Assembly (NCBI GenBank): GCA_030704615.1
Contig: CM060734.1
Span: 24,614,001 to 24,678,000, forward strand
Direction: 5' to 3'
Origin: Takakia lepidozioides
Taxonomy: Eukaryota; Plantae; Bryophyta
DNA length: 64,000 nt
Positions 50,970 to 63,439 of the stretch are shown piece by piece. The translations under genes were made by a program, and so were the position numbers. The notes beneath the pieces are model-generated. The model was not told the origin of the DNA. It worked only from the letters and a program-made list of their open reading frames with translations, and did no database searches. Every line of letters starts with the position of its first letter. Position 1 is the stretch's first letter.

Positions 50970-51715
50970 CACTGCCCCTTACCCATGGTCCTTCTCTCAA
51001 AATGAAACCAAGATCTAACGGAGCAAGAAGGTTTGCTTCGAGGGTAGTTGAGATGGAAAGATAGACCTCATCATGCCTCCACCATAATCCTCTTTACTTG
51101 CACAAGAAACCAAGGGGGAGGGGAAGAGAAAGAGAGACAAGTCTGGGAATGTCTGAAGCCTCAGCAAAACTTTGGATGGTTGCAAGGTTAGCAGAGAAAC
51201 TTTTCTCATTGGAAAGAAGACACAGATGAGGGTAGTACTGGCAAGGTGTCTGCACTGGAAACCATCCGCCACAAGGGAATGGGAATCTTAGTTCTAAGCA
51301 GGGACATAATATTTTTTCCTCTAGTTCTCCAGTTAGATCACCCTTCTAGATTGAAGTACGAAGTACCAAGTGCGGTCATCTAATCCACGTGTGAACTTCA
51401 ATACCTCCTGTGATAGGATAGTCCACCTTCCCCATTACCAATGTGGAGTAGGATTCAAAACCACTCGGCACCCTCTGTGCAGGATCGAGATGGTCAGTGG
51501 AGTACCCTTCGCATTAGCAGTCTGAAGTCATGGAATAAAATTCGACAACACACTTATGGGTGTAAACCTACACCAGACCAAGAGTCTGAAACTTATTGTG
51601 GGCCTCTTGGTCTCCCCGTGCCTCTCTGCCATTGCTGATGAGAGCCTGCCAGTCCTTTACAGTGTACTCTCCATAATTGTTATGCCCGGGGGTAACTTTC
51701 AGCTAACTATTAGAA

Positions 51716-51763
51716 TGTACTCATAAGACGTCGTTTGCCGTAGCCTTGTGGCCATTGACTATA
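51716..51763 (-). mobile_element. 48-bp RTE-like family 2 insertion
   Basis: 17-bp TSD TCAGCTAACTATTAGAA (51699-51715 and 51764-51780). Confidence 0.9.
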
Positions 51764-52259
51764 TCAGCTAACTATTAGAAAAGGTTAATATGTTCGGGCG
51801 CATGCATTTACATACATATCTATCTTAACACTTACATGAGGCATCATCTGACATATTCTATTCCTCCTGTTGTCTTCACCTAATCTCTAATCCACCATAC
51901 TTAATCCAACCTTTAATTTTTACACACATGAAATTAAAGGTGAGTGTGGTGGGTGTCATTATCATATAGTGGAGACAATTTACTTGGGGAGAGGGTAGGC
52001 TTTTCACAAGTTAATTTATACTCAACTTTCTTTATATTTTGAAAGGAGGTAAAATTCCTCAGCAACGAAGGCAATTTAACATCCACAGAGTACAGTCAAA
52101 CCTGGATAATTGTTATGCTCCAAGAGTATAGACTCTATAACAATTAGGCAGTTATATCAAATAACAGGAAAACAGGTTGAAAATTCATAACGTAACAATT
52201 AGAAATTTAACATTAAAACAGGTCCTTCACATGCAAGATAACATTTAGGGAGAGGACAG

Positions 52260-52420
52260 ATACTCAAATGGCCATTTCAATACTCAAATGGGTCATTTTG
52301 ACTATTCAATTGGCCATTTCAATATTGGAATGGGTCATTTGGGCTTTTCAAATGGCCATTTCAATATTCAAATGGGTCATTTTGACTATTCAATTGGCCA
52401 TTTCAATATTGGAATGGGTC
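52260..52420. repeat. Minisatellite of about 20-bp units
   Basis: Alternating AATGGCCATTTCAATATTC and AATGGGTCATTTTGACTATTC units; another copy at about 52648-52686. Confidence 0.75.
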
Positions 52421-53068
52421 TCCAGGTCATAGGTTAGAGCTCTAGTCTCAAGCCTCATGGCAAGCATTCGGGCATTCGATCTCAAGCCTCATGGCAGACA
52501 TTTAGGCATAGTTCGCATGGTATCTCCAACACGGTTCTCGTCTGTTAAGCCTCATGGCAGATGTAAGGGTTTTAATTTTTTTCCCTGCAATAATTATAAA
52601 TAAAACTAACAAGGGCTCCAAACCCTTTCACCCAAAATAAATAAATAAATGGTCATTTGGGCTATTCAAATGGCCATTTCAATATTGAATTTGAATTTGA
52701 ACACTAGTACTGTTTTTATTTTATTATTATTATTTAAAAACCATATCCGAGCTCATATTTCCACGTTATTGACATTCAGATACCATCTGGTTACGGGCGG
52801 CGTCCCTTTCATCAGCCTCCATGGCATGTCATGTGAGGTTACTTTTTCCTCATGAATAAATTTTTAGGTCTCTCTCGGACCTTTGAAAAAAAAATATATA
52901 TCATTACTCATTTCCGGATTGATTGTATTTTGAAAACCACCTATGCATACCAGATTCGTACTTGAAATTCAGAGGCTGCATTATTGGAAAACCTACCTGC
53001 CTTAAAAAAGAATAACACTGCGTAGCAGGACCCTTATGGTATTTCCAATACCAAACCAACGTGTTAAC

Positions 53069-54002
53069 CAGTGTTGTGCGGGTCCGGGTTTTGAAGGCGG
53101 GTACCCGGCGGGTTAGGATCCGGGTTACCCGCACCCTAACCCAGACCCGTGCTATCACAAAAAACCCGGACCCTAACCCGGATTCATTTCTAAAATGAAC
53201 CCGGAACCGGACCCGCCTGTTGGGTCCAGAACCCGTTAAACCCGCTACCCGTGGGCCATTGTAGCGGGTAAGGGTCCGGGTCTTAAATTTAGATGGGGCA
53301 TACCGGGTCCACCTTAGATCTAGTAGGTTTTGTCATATGTGTGGAGGGGACGAGCAGCAATAGGCCGCAGCAGGCAGCCCCACCACGTTGTAGCCCAGTG
53401 GTAATGCCCACATACCACCTCAAAAGCGGTTGTGGGTTCAATCCCCGGAGTGGTGTCACAAAGTTGTGCCCTATGGGACCATAATTTACACCTCCCAAAA
53501 GAGACGTCATATATTATTATTATGCCAGATCCCACACATCCATGCTATAGTGATCTACCCTTGAGGCATATTACTATTCTTAACATGTTTAAAGAATTGA
53601 TATTGAAAAATAGAAAATAGAAATCAAATTTAATTTAATTCCTTTATTCATGGTATATATATTCATATTCATGGTATATTTTGAAGGAATGTCTCTTAAA
53701 ATAAAATTCATTATTAGGATTTAAAGTTTTTTCCAGCCAAAAATAAATTTATCCCTAATTAATCTTAATTTTCTAATTTATTTAATCAATAAATTTGGAC
53801 CCGGATCCGAACCCGTGAACCCGCTAATATTTCCCATCAACTACCCGGACCCTAACCCGAGTCCGTGTTGACAAACCTGGACCCGAACCCGGACCCAGAT
53901 TTTCCAAATTTCAAAAACCCCGATCCGGACCCGGACTTGGCTCCAAAAAAAAACCCGCACCCGGACCCGACGGGTTCCTTAAAAAGGCATAACACAACAC
54001 TG
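53069..54002. mobile_element. hAT-family MITE
   Basis: TIR CAGTGTTGTG, 8-bp TSD GTGTTAAC (53061-53068 and 54003-54010), and subterminal ACCCG/CGGGT repeats. Confidence 0.93.
53381..53523 (+). other. tRNA-derived SINE-like sequence inside the hAT MITE
   Basis: A box TAGCCCAGTGG (53391), B box GGGTTCAATCCC (53434), complementary CACCAC/GTGGTG ends and an (ATT)n tail. Confidence 0.5.
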
Positions 54003-54691
54003 GTGTTAACCTTACTTAACTGAGTGTTAAGTGAGTGTGTCACCGCTGTTATTCATGGAGGTGATTTGTTCGTGGCCAGAATGGATTACTCCTTATCTGA
54101 TCCAACTAGTTTAGAGGTGTATATCGAATGTAACAATTACAGAGGTGTTTTAACAAAGAGGAGAGTAAGTATTCAATAACTGGAAACATCTAAAACCATC
54201 CTTCGTTGCCTCGCGTTTGCACTATAGTTAGGCCCCAGTCATTTTATGAAGTCAAATCTGACATTATCAGGCCCCCCTTGGCTTCCTTCCCACTTTTCCC
54301 GAACCATTATTGAGCTGGGCTCCCCATCTTCAAGATAGAGTGTAGAATTTAAGTTAGAAAGGCCCTGACACAATGACTATGGTTGACTGTGCTTTATGTC
54401 AGAAATTTATGGGGGTGGTATTAGTTCCACTCCTTCATAGATTGCAATTGTGTTCCTTGGCATACACTTTGGTGCAGTGCTGATAGAATTTAAGTTAGGA
54501 AAGCTTATTTGCAGGCTTAAAGACCGGGCATTGGTCTTTGCTGCTAGTCAGGATGTTCTACTTTCGCCGGTGAAGGGAGTAGGGTTGGATCTTCACTGTC
54601 TACGGTGTGTGTGCCTTATGGCGTAATAGGGGTTTTATTTTTTTTCCCCGAATAACTTATTAATAAAATTTATTAGGGCTTCAATCCCCCT

Positions 54692-54744
54692 TATATATAT
54701 ATATATATATATATTCAATAACAAATAACAAATAACAAATAACA
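54692..54744. repeat. (TA)n and (AATAACA)n microsatellites
   Basis: Seen directly in the sequence. Confidence 0.85.
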
Positions 54745-56175
54745 CGATGAAGCAAGACTCAACTCATCTGGTGAAGGAGCGGCGGCGGCGGCTGAGCTCT
54801 GATCCTTTGTTCTGGGCTTGGGACTTGGGGTTGTGCGAGTTTGCCGCCTCTCCCCCCGTTTAAGGCAGGTGTGGCGTATTCTGCCACTTTTGAGACTAAT
54901 TGTCAGGCCGATTCGGCCACCACGGGTCTACTGCCGAATCGGCAGGGATGACCGATTATGCACTGAGGACGGCAGAGCAACTACCAGGCCCATGTCATTA
55001 GCCAGTAGCCAGCACCCTGCCCGCCTACCCTTCGTGGCTCGCCCCTTTTATATCCTCTCAGGGGCCCTGAATCTGGGCAATCGATATGGGATAATTGACC
55101 CCAATCATATTGCACCGAGAATACGCCACACCTGCTTTCAACGCCAGTGAACGGCCGTGTTTGGCCGACTCTGCCCTGTGCGCGGCCATAGGGCTCACAT
55201 AGGGCAAACACGGCCCGTTCTCTAGTACGTCGATCTCACATACCTGGTGGTGAACAACCCCGTCAGTTGCACCTTTCTCTGGCAGTTGTTCAACGAAGTT
55301 GGAAACTCGTCTTTTCTGTTTCCTGTTATCATAAACTCGGAAGGGCTCCCGATACCCCGCCGCTTTTCGACGCATTAATGGTGTCCTTGGAAACCGTTCC
55401 CTTGCTTGGCGGGCTAGCATTGGTGATGCTTTGAGGCAGAATCTTCTCTGACATTGTCCTCTCACTCGACGTGGTACTGTCTCGCTTGCAGCTTCCCTCT
55501 CCCACTCAGCTCCGAGCTATCATGGCTGATAGAGGAGTCTGGTGCATTGCGCCGTTTTGAAATGCATTCATGGTGTAAAGCTGCCGTGGAAGGCAACCCT
55601 ACCTATTGGCTCGAGGGCATTGGTGAATCGTTCACTGACTCTCATTGTAGAGCACTCCCAAAGATTTGTCGCCGCTGCAGTACGAGGTTCTGGCTATCAT
55701 TTTTGGGCACCTCCTGACGAAGTCGCTGGAGTTTCCCACGCATTCTGCATTCCGCCCCTCTACCTATACCAGCAGATGGTTCACCAAACCACTCTTTTCG
55801 CAGAATTCTCTCAGCTCCCTATCTTGTTCTTTGGTGTTGGCTTAATTTAACTCTGGCGCCCCCCTCAGTGATCCATTCTGCGATCTGAGGTGCCTGGCTC
55901 TGTCTTTTTTATTCTAAGTTCTAATTGCCTCTGCTGAAGTCGCTAAAGCTTCCCCCGGTCTCCCCGATCCTCTCTTCTCCTTCCGCTGATCTCCAGCATC
56001 CTGTGTTGCTCAATTACACTTCGCTCGCTCCCTGCGCTACAGCTCACCGAACTACTCCTTGAGAGTTCCTATTTTCTCGCTGACTTTGAGTTTCTTGGGG
56101 GCCCATTGGTGCTTTCTCCCGCTTGTGTCTTTCTGTTCTGAATTTTCGAGCTTCTCCCTTCCTAAGTCTTCCCTC

Positions 56176-57873
56176 ATGACGTCCTTCGTCTCAGCCGCTC
56201 CCATTCAGAGAGTCCGAAGGGAGGAGCGAGGAAACAGGGATCACAGAGAAGCGAGGAAGCAGGGATCACAGGGACCCCAGAAGCTCGAGAGGTAGAGGAG
56301 GCCATTCCAACAGAAGATCAGCCCCCGCGCGGGACCTGGTCTGCTTGGATCTGGCCCAACCTATGGCTCGCCTCCCATCAGAGCCCCGCAGGTTTGGAGT
56401 GAAGAAGCGGGGGTGGTGAGTGATTCCCAGCCCGTTTTGAATCTTGATATGGACGTGATCCAAGCCCAGACGCAAGCGATGGTGGAGCAAGGTATTCTGT
56501 TGCACTTCCCTGGCCGCGCCCGAGACAGGCATTTTGCGCGTAAGTGGGTGCTTGAGTATCTAGGAGCGGAGGGTGGCCTCACCTCCCACTTCTGCCCTGC
56601 TCTGGGTCGCAGTTTCTTTTCCATTATGTTCAACTCGGCCGAGAATGCAGCCAAGGCCCTAAAATTCAACGTGAGAAGATCAAGATTTAAGGTTCACATC
56701 TTCCCTTGGACGTCGGAGTGGGGCCACAAAGGGGGCGTTACGTGCAAGCCCAGGGTGATAGCCCTCCCGTATCTTCCTGGGAATTACCTCCGCTCGCTCC
56801 TGGAGATCGGAGCTCACTTCGGGGTCTTCATCGGCTCCATGGGAGTATTCGATCCTGTAATGATGCCTGAATCAGCCCCCATTGGTAGCTCGCTGAAGCT
56901 CCCCACCCTGGACAAGTCATTCATTTCCATAATTGTCCAAGAGGAGAAGCTCAGCATAATATGCCACTTCTGTCATTGTGAGGGTCACATCAAAGTGAAT
57001 TGTCCTGATTTTTTGAAGTCTAAGTCAGAAGCGGAATCCCGCTCAGCTGATGCTAACAGGGTAGAATGGGTGCAGGTGCAGGCTAAAGACTCTGCTGGGC
57101 CGTCAAGGAAAAGGCCAGAGAGCTCTCCCCCAGCTCCTCCTCCTGCTAAAAGGGTCCGAGGACTCACCTCACCTGCTCCTTCCCCCATCAGCCCCAGGGT
57201 CTTCCTGCTCCCCCTGAAATCACCGATTTCTACCTCGCACGAGGCTGACGTGCCAGAGCTTTTCAGAATCGCCCAGGGGGCCATGCACAATCTGGCTACT
57301 TACTGTCTACAGCTCAGATCTTTTGCTGACATCTCACTGTCTGATACCCCACCCCCTGAAGGGCCCTTGTCGGTGGCGATCAGGATTACGCCGAAAATCT
57401 TCGGCTTCCCAGACGGAACCCCCTCAATTCTCTTATCGGGGTTCAATTCTTTTGCAAGTATCTGGGTTACGAAAGGAGATGTGGCACTAATGGCGGAGCA
57501 TAATGAGATGGAACTTGTTCTTTTAAAAATTCAACAAATCTTCTTTGCTCACCTTCCGCAGCTACAAATGACTGCCAAGACGGCGATTTACTTTGGTTCT
57601 TATCTGTACCAATCCACCACTCGCCCTGGTATGTTTTTTGTGCATGTACTGCCAGTGATGAGGCTCTCTGATGTAAGGCTGGAAAACGCAGGGGTGCGAC
57701 AGTTAAGCTGGATTGCAGGTGATGTTCTTCCGGATAACGTCGGCTCTGGAGTCAGCAGGCCTTTCCTGGAATCGACCTTTGCTGCGGGTATGAAGCTGGC
57801 GGAGGCGATGCAGAAAGCTCAAAAATACGTCAACTCCATTGAGGATATTTGGTGGTACCAGTGCACGAAGTAG
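56176..57873 (+). pseudogene. L1-clade LINE ORF1-like protein (one in-frame stop at 56293-56295)
   Basis: DUF4283-like LGRSFFSIMFNSAENAAKAL, knuckle CHFCHCEGHIKVNC, Pro-rich linker and an extra C-terminal domain. Confidence 0.7.
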
Positions 57874-58287
57874 GGACCCCGTCCCTCTGTCAGGCCCCGA
57901 TTGAGTTCTCCCTCCCTCACCTCCCTCCGGTGAGCCATTATCCGTTGGCATTGAGAGAGGCATTTGAGCAAGGCCTTTTCTTTTCTGGCCCGTTCCGTGA
58001 CCATTTCCCGCGACAAAGATTGGGCCACGATTCTGGCAGCTTGCAGCTTTGTTAGAAACCTTAATGTGGGGGAGCAGAGCTCATCCCCAGCTTCTTTCCA
58101 AGCTTGGGCTAACCGAAGAGCTGCTGGCCTCAATTGCATAAGAAGAGGATTCATCTTGAAATAGCTTCTGCCCTTAATGTGAACCCCTGAAGTACTAAAT
58201 TGCACATCAACTTGAGCATGATCAAATTCGGGTAGAATCGGCCCCAAGGGGATGGGAGAAGCCCAGGTGATCGCGATTGGAGTGCAA
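57830..58287 (-). pseudogene. L1 ORF2 fragment (end of endonuclease and linker)
   Basis: YCTP...EFDH...YFKMNPLL; joins in frame to 63440-64000 when the pogo element is removed. Confidence 0.75.
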
Positions 58288-58289
58288 TA

Positions 58290-61200
58290 AGGTAGGCTGC
58301 CCTGATATGGTGAGCTGGTTGGGTCATGGTGTGGGGTTGTCTTGATATGGAGCTCTATAGAACACGGGAACCATAGGGTTCTCTAAGTTCTCTTTAACCT
58401 GGACAGGTCAGTTTCTACTCCCCTCCAAAATAGGGCACGTAAGTGTCATAAATGGATAAAAACATTATCAATAAAATGATTTTTGGATGACATTCTCAAG
58501 AACGTATTTTATCATCCAAAGAAATTATTACCATCCATGCGACGGGTCGCCCCGTGCGTGTTCCGAACAAGGACATCTCAAATTCAAAATGGGTTCTAGA
58601 ACCTTTCAGAACCTCCTTGAGGTGAAAAATAGATATTCCTTAGGTTCCAAATGGATCAGTAAGGTGTTCTTCCACCATTCTCTAGTCCTCTACGTACAAA
58701 CAGTCTTTGTTGGAGACATGCATTGGATTTTCAACATTAGACAATACTTTGAGGTACAAGCTTCACTAAACTCTCTTGCTTTTTGGTTGCTCTTTTGTAT
58801 TTAACTTGTCAATGCTACACTATAATCTGCCTTTTGCATATTTGCAAATCTAAACTCTTGTGTTGCTATCATTCACTAAAAGGTTAATGTGCAAACAATA
58901 TTGAGTGGACACATTGGTCATGCTTGTGTCTTGCTTTTTCTATTGCAGAATCACCAGCAGATTGCAACCATGGCCTCTCTCCACCATCGTTTAGTCTAGG
59001 GATCTCTTCCATGCCATCTAATCCACATTACACATTCCAAGATAGTCAAGAGGACAGCCAAGAGTTTGACATAAACACATTTCAGTTTGCTCAATCTCAA
59101 AACCCTCTCATATTCCTTTGCAAGACATTACCAACTTGCCCAATGCTTCTCCCAATGTTCATGTGAGATCACCTTTCTCTCCTTTTACCACTAGATCACC
59201 TATCTCTACTTGTTCCCAACCTTTGCGTCCTCAACCTGCAAGGTTCAACCCTCATCATTTTCAGCCAACAGAATCTCAACATCCTTGTCCCTCTCCACAA
59301 CTAGCATGTCAACCTCCCTCAAACACACAACCTACCAATAGAGATAGACGACCTCTTCATTCTCAATTCCAAGTTCCAAGCATCAGGAGCAAAAGAAGAA
59401 AGAGAACTGAATGGACTAATGAAGACCTGAAGGCAGCCATAAATGCTGTTGATGATGGCTGCCCAGTCAACGTTGTTGCTCGCCAATGGAACATTCCTCT
59501 AGCTTCTCTTAGAAATCATCTTTATGGGAGGGTACATGGTCACAAGCAAGGAGGTCCAACAGTGTTATCCAAAGATGAGGAGGATATCATTGTCAAATGG
59601 ATTTTCGATATGCAAGAATTGGGACATGGCATCAATGTCGGACAACTGAAATTGAAAGTTGCTGAAATCACACAAGAGCACGCAACACCATTTGTTGAGG
59701 GTATACCTGGGAACTCGTGGTGGAGATGGTTCAAGCGACGTCATCCTGATATATCTTTGCGCTCTGTTCAAGGTTTGGAGGTAAGTAGAGCAAAAGCTGT
59801 AAATGTTGAAAATTATCAATCTTTCTATGCCAACCTACAAGGCATGTATGATCTCCATAAATATCCCCTATCACAAATCTGGAATTGTGATGAAACGGGA
59901 GTGCAAGCTGGTCGCACAAGTGGAACAAAGGTATTGGCAAAGAAGGGCACACATTATGTGTATGGTATCATACATCAAAGCAGAGAATGGATGTCTGTAC
60001 TTGTATGCGTAAATGCAGCAGGTCTCTCCATACCGAACTTTTATATCTTCAAAAGCAGACAGAAAAGGAAGAATTACATTGCAAAATATGAGCCGGGGTC
60101 TCTTATGGCAATGCAAGACAAAGCATGGATTAACAAGTCATTATTCACTTGCTGGCTAGACCACTTCCAGAAGCACGCACAAGGAATTTCACCTACCAAC
60201 CGACATCTACTGATTTTGGATGGGCATGGATCTCATGTTTCAAAAGAAGCAATCTTGAAAGCACAAAGAATGGGTTTGGATATGGTCACATTACCTGCTC
60301 ATACAAGCCATGTGCTCCAGCCTCTTGATGTGGCATGCTTTGGTCCCTTCAAGAAGGCATTCAGGAAAACTCGAGATGAAGCGACAATGCGCAGAAATGA
60401 CAGCTATGCAGAAAAAGAAGATCTTGCGGAGTGGGCCAGCAAAGGCTTGAGGTTAGTACTTACAAAACACAACATCATAAAAGGATTTGCAAAAGTTGGA
60501 ATCTGGCCATACAATGCAAGGGCAATGGACAAGCATTATGGACCTTCAAGAGCATTCGCATCAACCCCAAGCCTTGATGAGGGTTCTGAAACAGAAAGCG
60601 GGGATGACTCTCAAAGTGAAGAGGACGATGAGCCAGACATCACTATTGAAGACATTAGGGAAGAAGAAGATGAGAATGCAAATGGCTACGCCTGCCATTA
60701 CTTTGTGGACATTGCTGACCCAAAAAATCAGGAGGAACAACACAATGATGAAGATGAACAACACAATGAAGACATGCATCGACAGGAAGGAATCAACAAG
60801 TTTTTGCCACCCCCTCAAGTGCTTACCTTTAAACGGGCAAAAACTAGAGAACCTATCATTGATTACTCCAAATCTATAGTGATGACTTCCGCGGATTATG
60901 TGGCGGCATTGGACGAGAAAATTAGACGTAAAGAACAGGTAGACAAAGAAAGAGATGAGAAAAAAAAGCAAAATGAGCAGAGAAGGGCTAAAGCTACATC
61001 AGAAAAGGAAGCTCTCAAACTTGCTCAAGAACAGAGAGCGAAGGAGAAGGTGGCCAAAAAAGCATTTGACAAATTCTGGTAAGCAAAAAATGTGAGGGAA
61101 GTGGGAGACAAGCTCCATGCTGCAATTAGAGATGGAAGACCAATTCTCCCTACAGAGTACCATGCACCATATTGTGGCACTGTTCCTGGATGGTGTATTC

Positions 61201-63437
61201 AAAATCAGCGTAGACAAGTTATGAGGAGAAGACTTCTCAAAAATGGAGGAGACTTGTCCACCTTGCCACCACTACTTGAACCACTTTCAGCACAAAACTC
61301 AGACATGTAGTGAGTATAGAAGGTAGACTTCTTTTTGTGAACTCCACATAAAAGACCATCATTCCCAAATATGGAATTCTAAGATGTGGAAAGCTGAATT
61401 GTTGCGAAGTAGGGTTTGTCACCTATATAGTGATCTCCTAGTTGCCGTAAGGTTCACATTATCAGGCAGACTATCGTGTAATGACCTATAGGATAATGTA
61501 TTGACCTATATTGTAATGTGCTCTATGATATTGATAGAATTGAATGATGTCTAACCACAATATTAGTCCTAACCACTATGGATCCACCCAACGAGCTACA
61601 CTTGTAGAATCAAACATAAAACTTGACATGGACGACTCTGAAAAGAGAGTAAGACAGGCTGAACTGTGCTTGTAGAAGGTGCAGTCAAGATCATTGCCTG
61701 ATTTCATCAATGTTGCCAGATTGTCTTGGCTCTCTATGTACTGTCTCTACAGCCACCTCAGCCTACACTTCACCACCAAATGTGAAAGCTCTCACTGGAC
61801 TCAAGAATCACCAGAAAACCCATTAAATCATACTTGGCAGACATGCTACACCACAAGAGAGAAAGCTTGTTGTGCAAAATGACATCCCGCATGTTTATAA
61901 CTGCTTGAACACCTGACTCCTCAATTTGTCTCCTGAGATGCAGATTCTCTTTCCTTAGTTCTTCAATACAGGACTCTGCTGCTGATCACCGTAGAACCAC
62001 CCTTAAAGATTTGGACACTGACTTTGAAGTAGGAGTTCTGAGCAGGAGGTTATACATTCCTCCCATTATGTGTGTATTAGAAAAAAATACCAGATGCACA
62101 AGGCCTTTCTCCCACGTCTTTCCCCAACCTCTAAGAAGTAACTAACTAACTAACTACCTAACTCTCTCTCTCTCAGCTATTACTTCAGGCCTGTTTACTT
62201 CTCATTTTCTTATTACCGTAACCTCTTTGGGCTACTCGGAGTGGATTCTGCCCTACTTATCACACTATGTTGGAGAAAATCAATTAACCAAAATTACTCT
62301 ACTACAAGGGTGCACATGGTGTTCAAACTTTGTCTTCAGGAAACCCAGCTATTATTATAACTCCATCATGGAAAATCTTTCATATTGGAGCCTCTCACAA
62401 GCAAGACAACATAAAAGAGAAGTGGGTCTATGCATGGCGTATTAGAGAAGAACACCAGTAGAACAGGAGATTGTTCCATCTATGGGCCTCTGTTGAGAGA
62501 GATGCAAAAGACGTCGGGAAGTACATACATCAACTCCCGCAACTGCACGGACCACTTGTTGTCTTCCATGGCATGCTCTGCCCCAATCCAAACACCCTGA
62601 GCTCTCCAACGTTGCTCCTATAGCATGCTTCATTCACTCCAACGGCATGACAAGAGCATCACAAGAACCAAGGAGTTGCATATTGGAGGTGATCCATTTT
62701 GATCTTCTCCACATCGTTCAACTACAAAAGTTCATTCCATAGCCATGCTCGTCACTATTCAAGGAAACTAGCCAGAGTTCGTGCACATCGTCAATACCAT
62801 CTGTCCAGACCTGCTTGCACAAACGTCGGTCCCAGTGCAGATGCAACACGATTTCTTAAAAGTTCACTAAGCTTAAGTATCTACATTCCTCTTTGGTTTC
62901 CTGAGGTTGCTCCCCATCGACCCTAGCACATCGGTAACATTTGCTCGTTCTGCCATGCCCGTCTAGTTCGACCAAGTAGTGGTCCGCGTTCATCAGAACA
63001 GAAACAACATGCACCGGCGCCCAAAGGGTTTGCAAAGACTCCAAAATAGGATACGGAATAGGTCATAATAGAGTGAGATGGCATCCAATCAGGATTGGTC
63101 AAAGGCCAACTTGCACTACCTTTCCCTCCGTTACTCAAACCTTGCCAGTCTGTTCTATAAACACGCACTATTATTATTGTGCGGGCTTTGGATTATTTTA
63201 AAGTAGACATTTTTTAGAACCAAACTATAGCTTTTGTAGGTCTAATGTAGGAAAATCTACTCATTATCTTCAAAAATTCATATTATATTTGTAATAAAAT
63301 TAAAAAAATCCAAAAAAAAGAGAGTTGAGAAATAATTTACTTTTTTATATGTGGTTAAAATTTTATTGTATAACTCATATACATGTTAAAGTAACAGAGG
63401 TTTAAAATGTAGCCATCCATAATAGGGTGCCCTACCT
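58290..63437 (+). mobile_element. pogo/Fot1-like Tc1/mariner DNA transposon (5148 bp)
   Basis: TA TSD (58288-58289 and 63438-63439); imperfect 21-bp TIRs AGGTAGGCTGCCCTGATATGG / AGGTAGGGCACCCTATTATGG; removal restores the L1 motif RLDRVYC. Confidence 0.88.
59118..61310 (+). CDS. DDE_1 transposase with psq- and CENP-B-type HTH domains (DD35D); one in-frame stop at 61080-61082
   Basis: WTNEDLKAAINAV, WWRWFKRRHP, WNCDETG, LILDGHGSH and HVLQPLDV motifs; 35 residues between the second and third Asp. Confidence 0.9.
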
Positions 63438-63439
63438 TA

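Noticed and set aside
51630-51660. CTGATGAG as a hammerhead ribozyme core
   Set aside because: No stem II or GAAA follows; the other CTGATGA hits lie in coding sequence or also lack stems.
51658-52125. Two TACAGT...ATAATTGTTATGC motifs as Tc1/pogo MITE ends
   Set aside because: Both are in the same orientation and no matching opposite end was found.
54750-55850. Coding-like GC-rich region upstream of L1 ORF1
   Set aside because: All frames are interrupted and no motif was recognised.
57830-57880. L1 twin-priming inversion joining ORF1 (+) and ORF2 (-)
   Set aside because: The orientation is convergent, whereas twin priming gives divergent segments; two elements or a later rearrangement is more likely.
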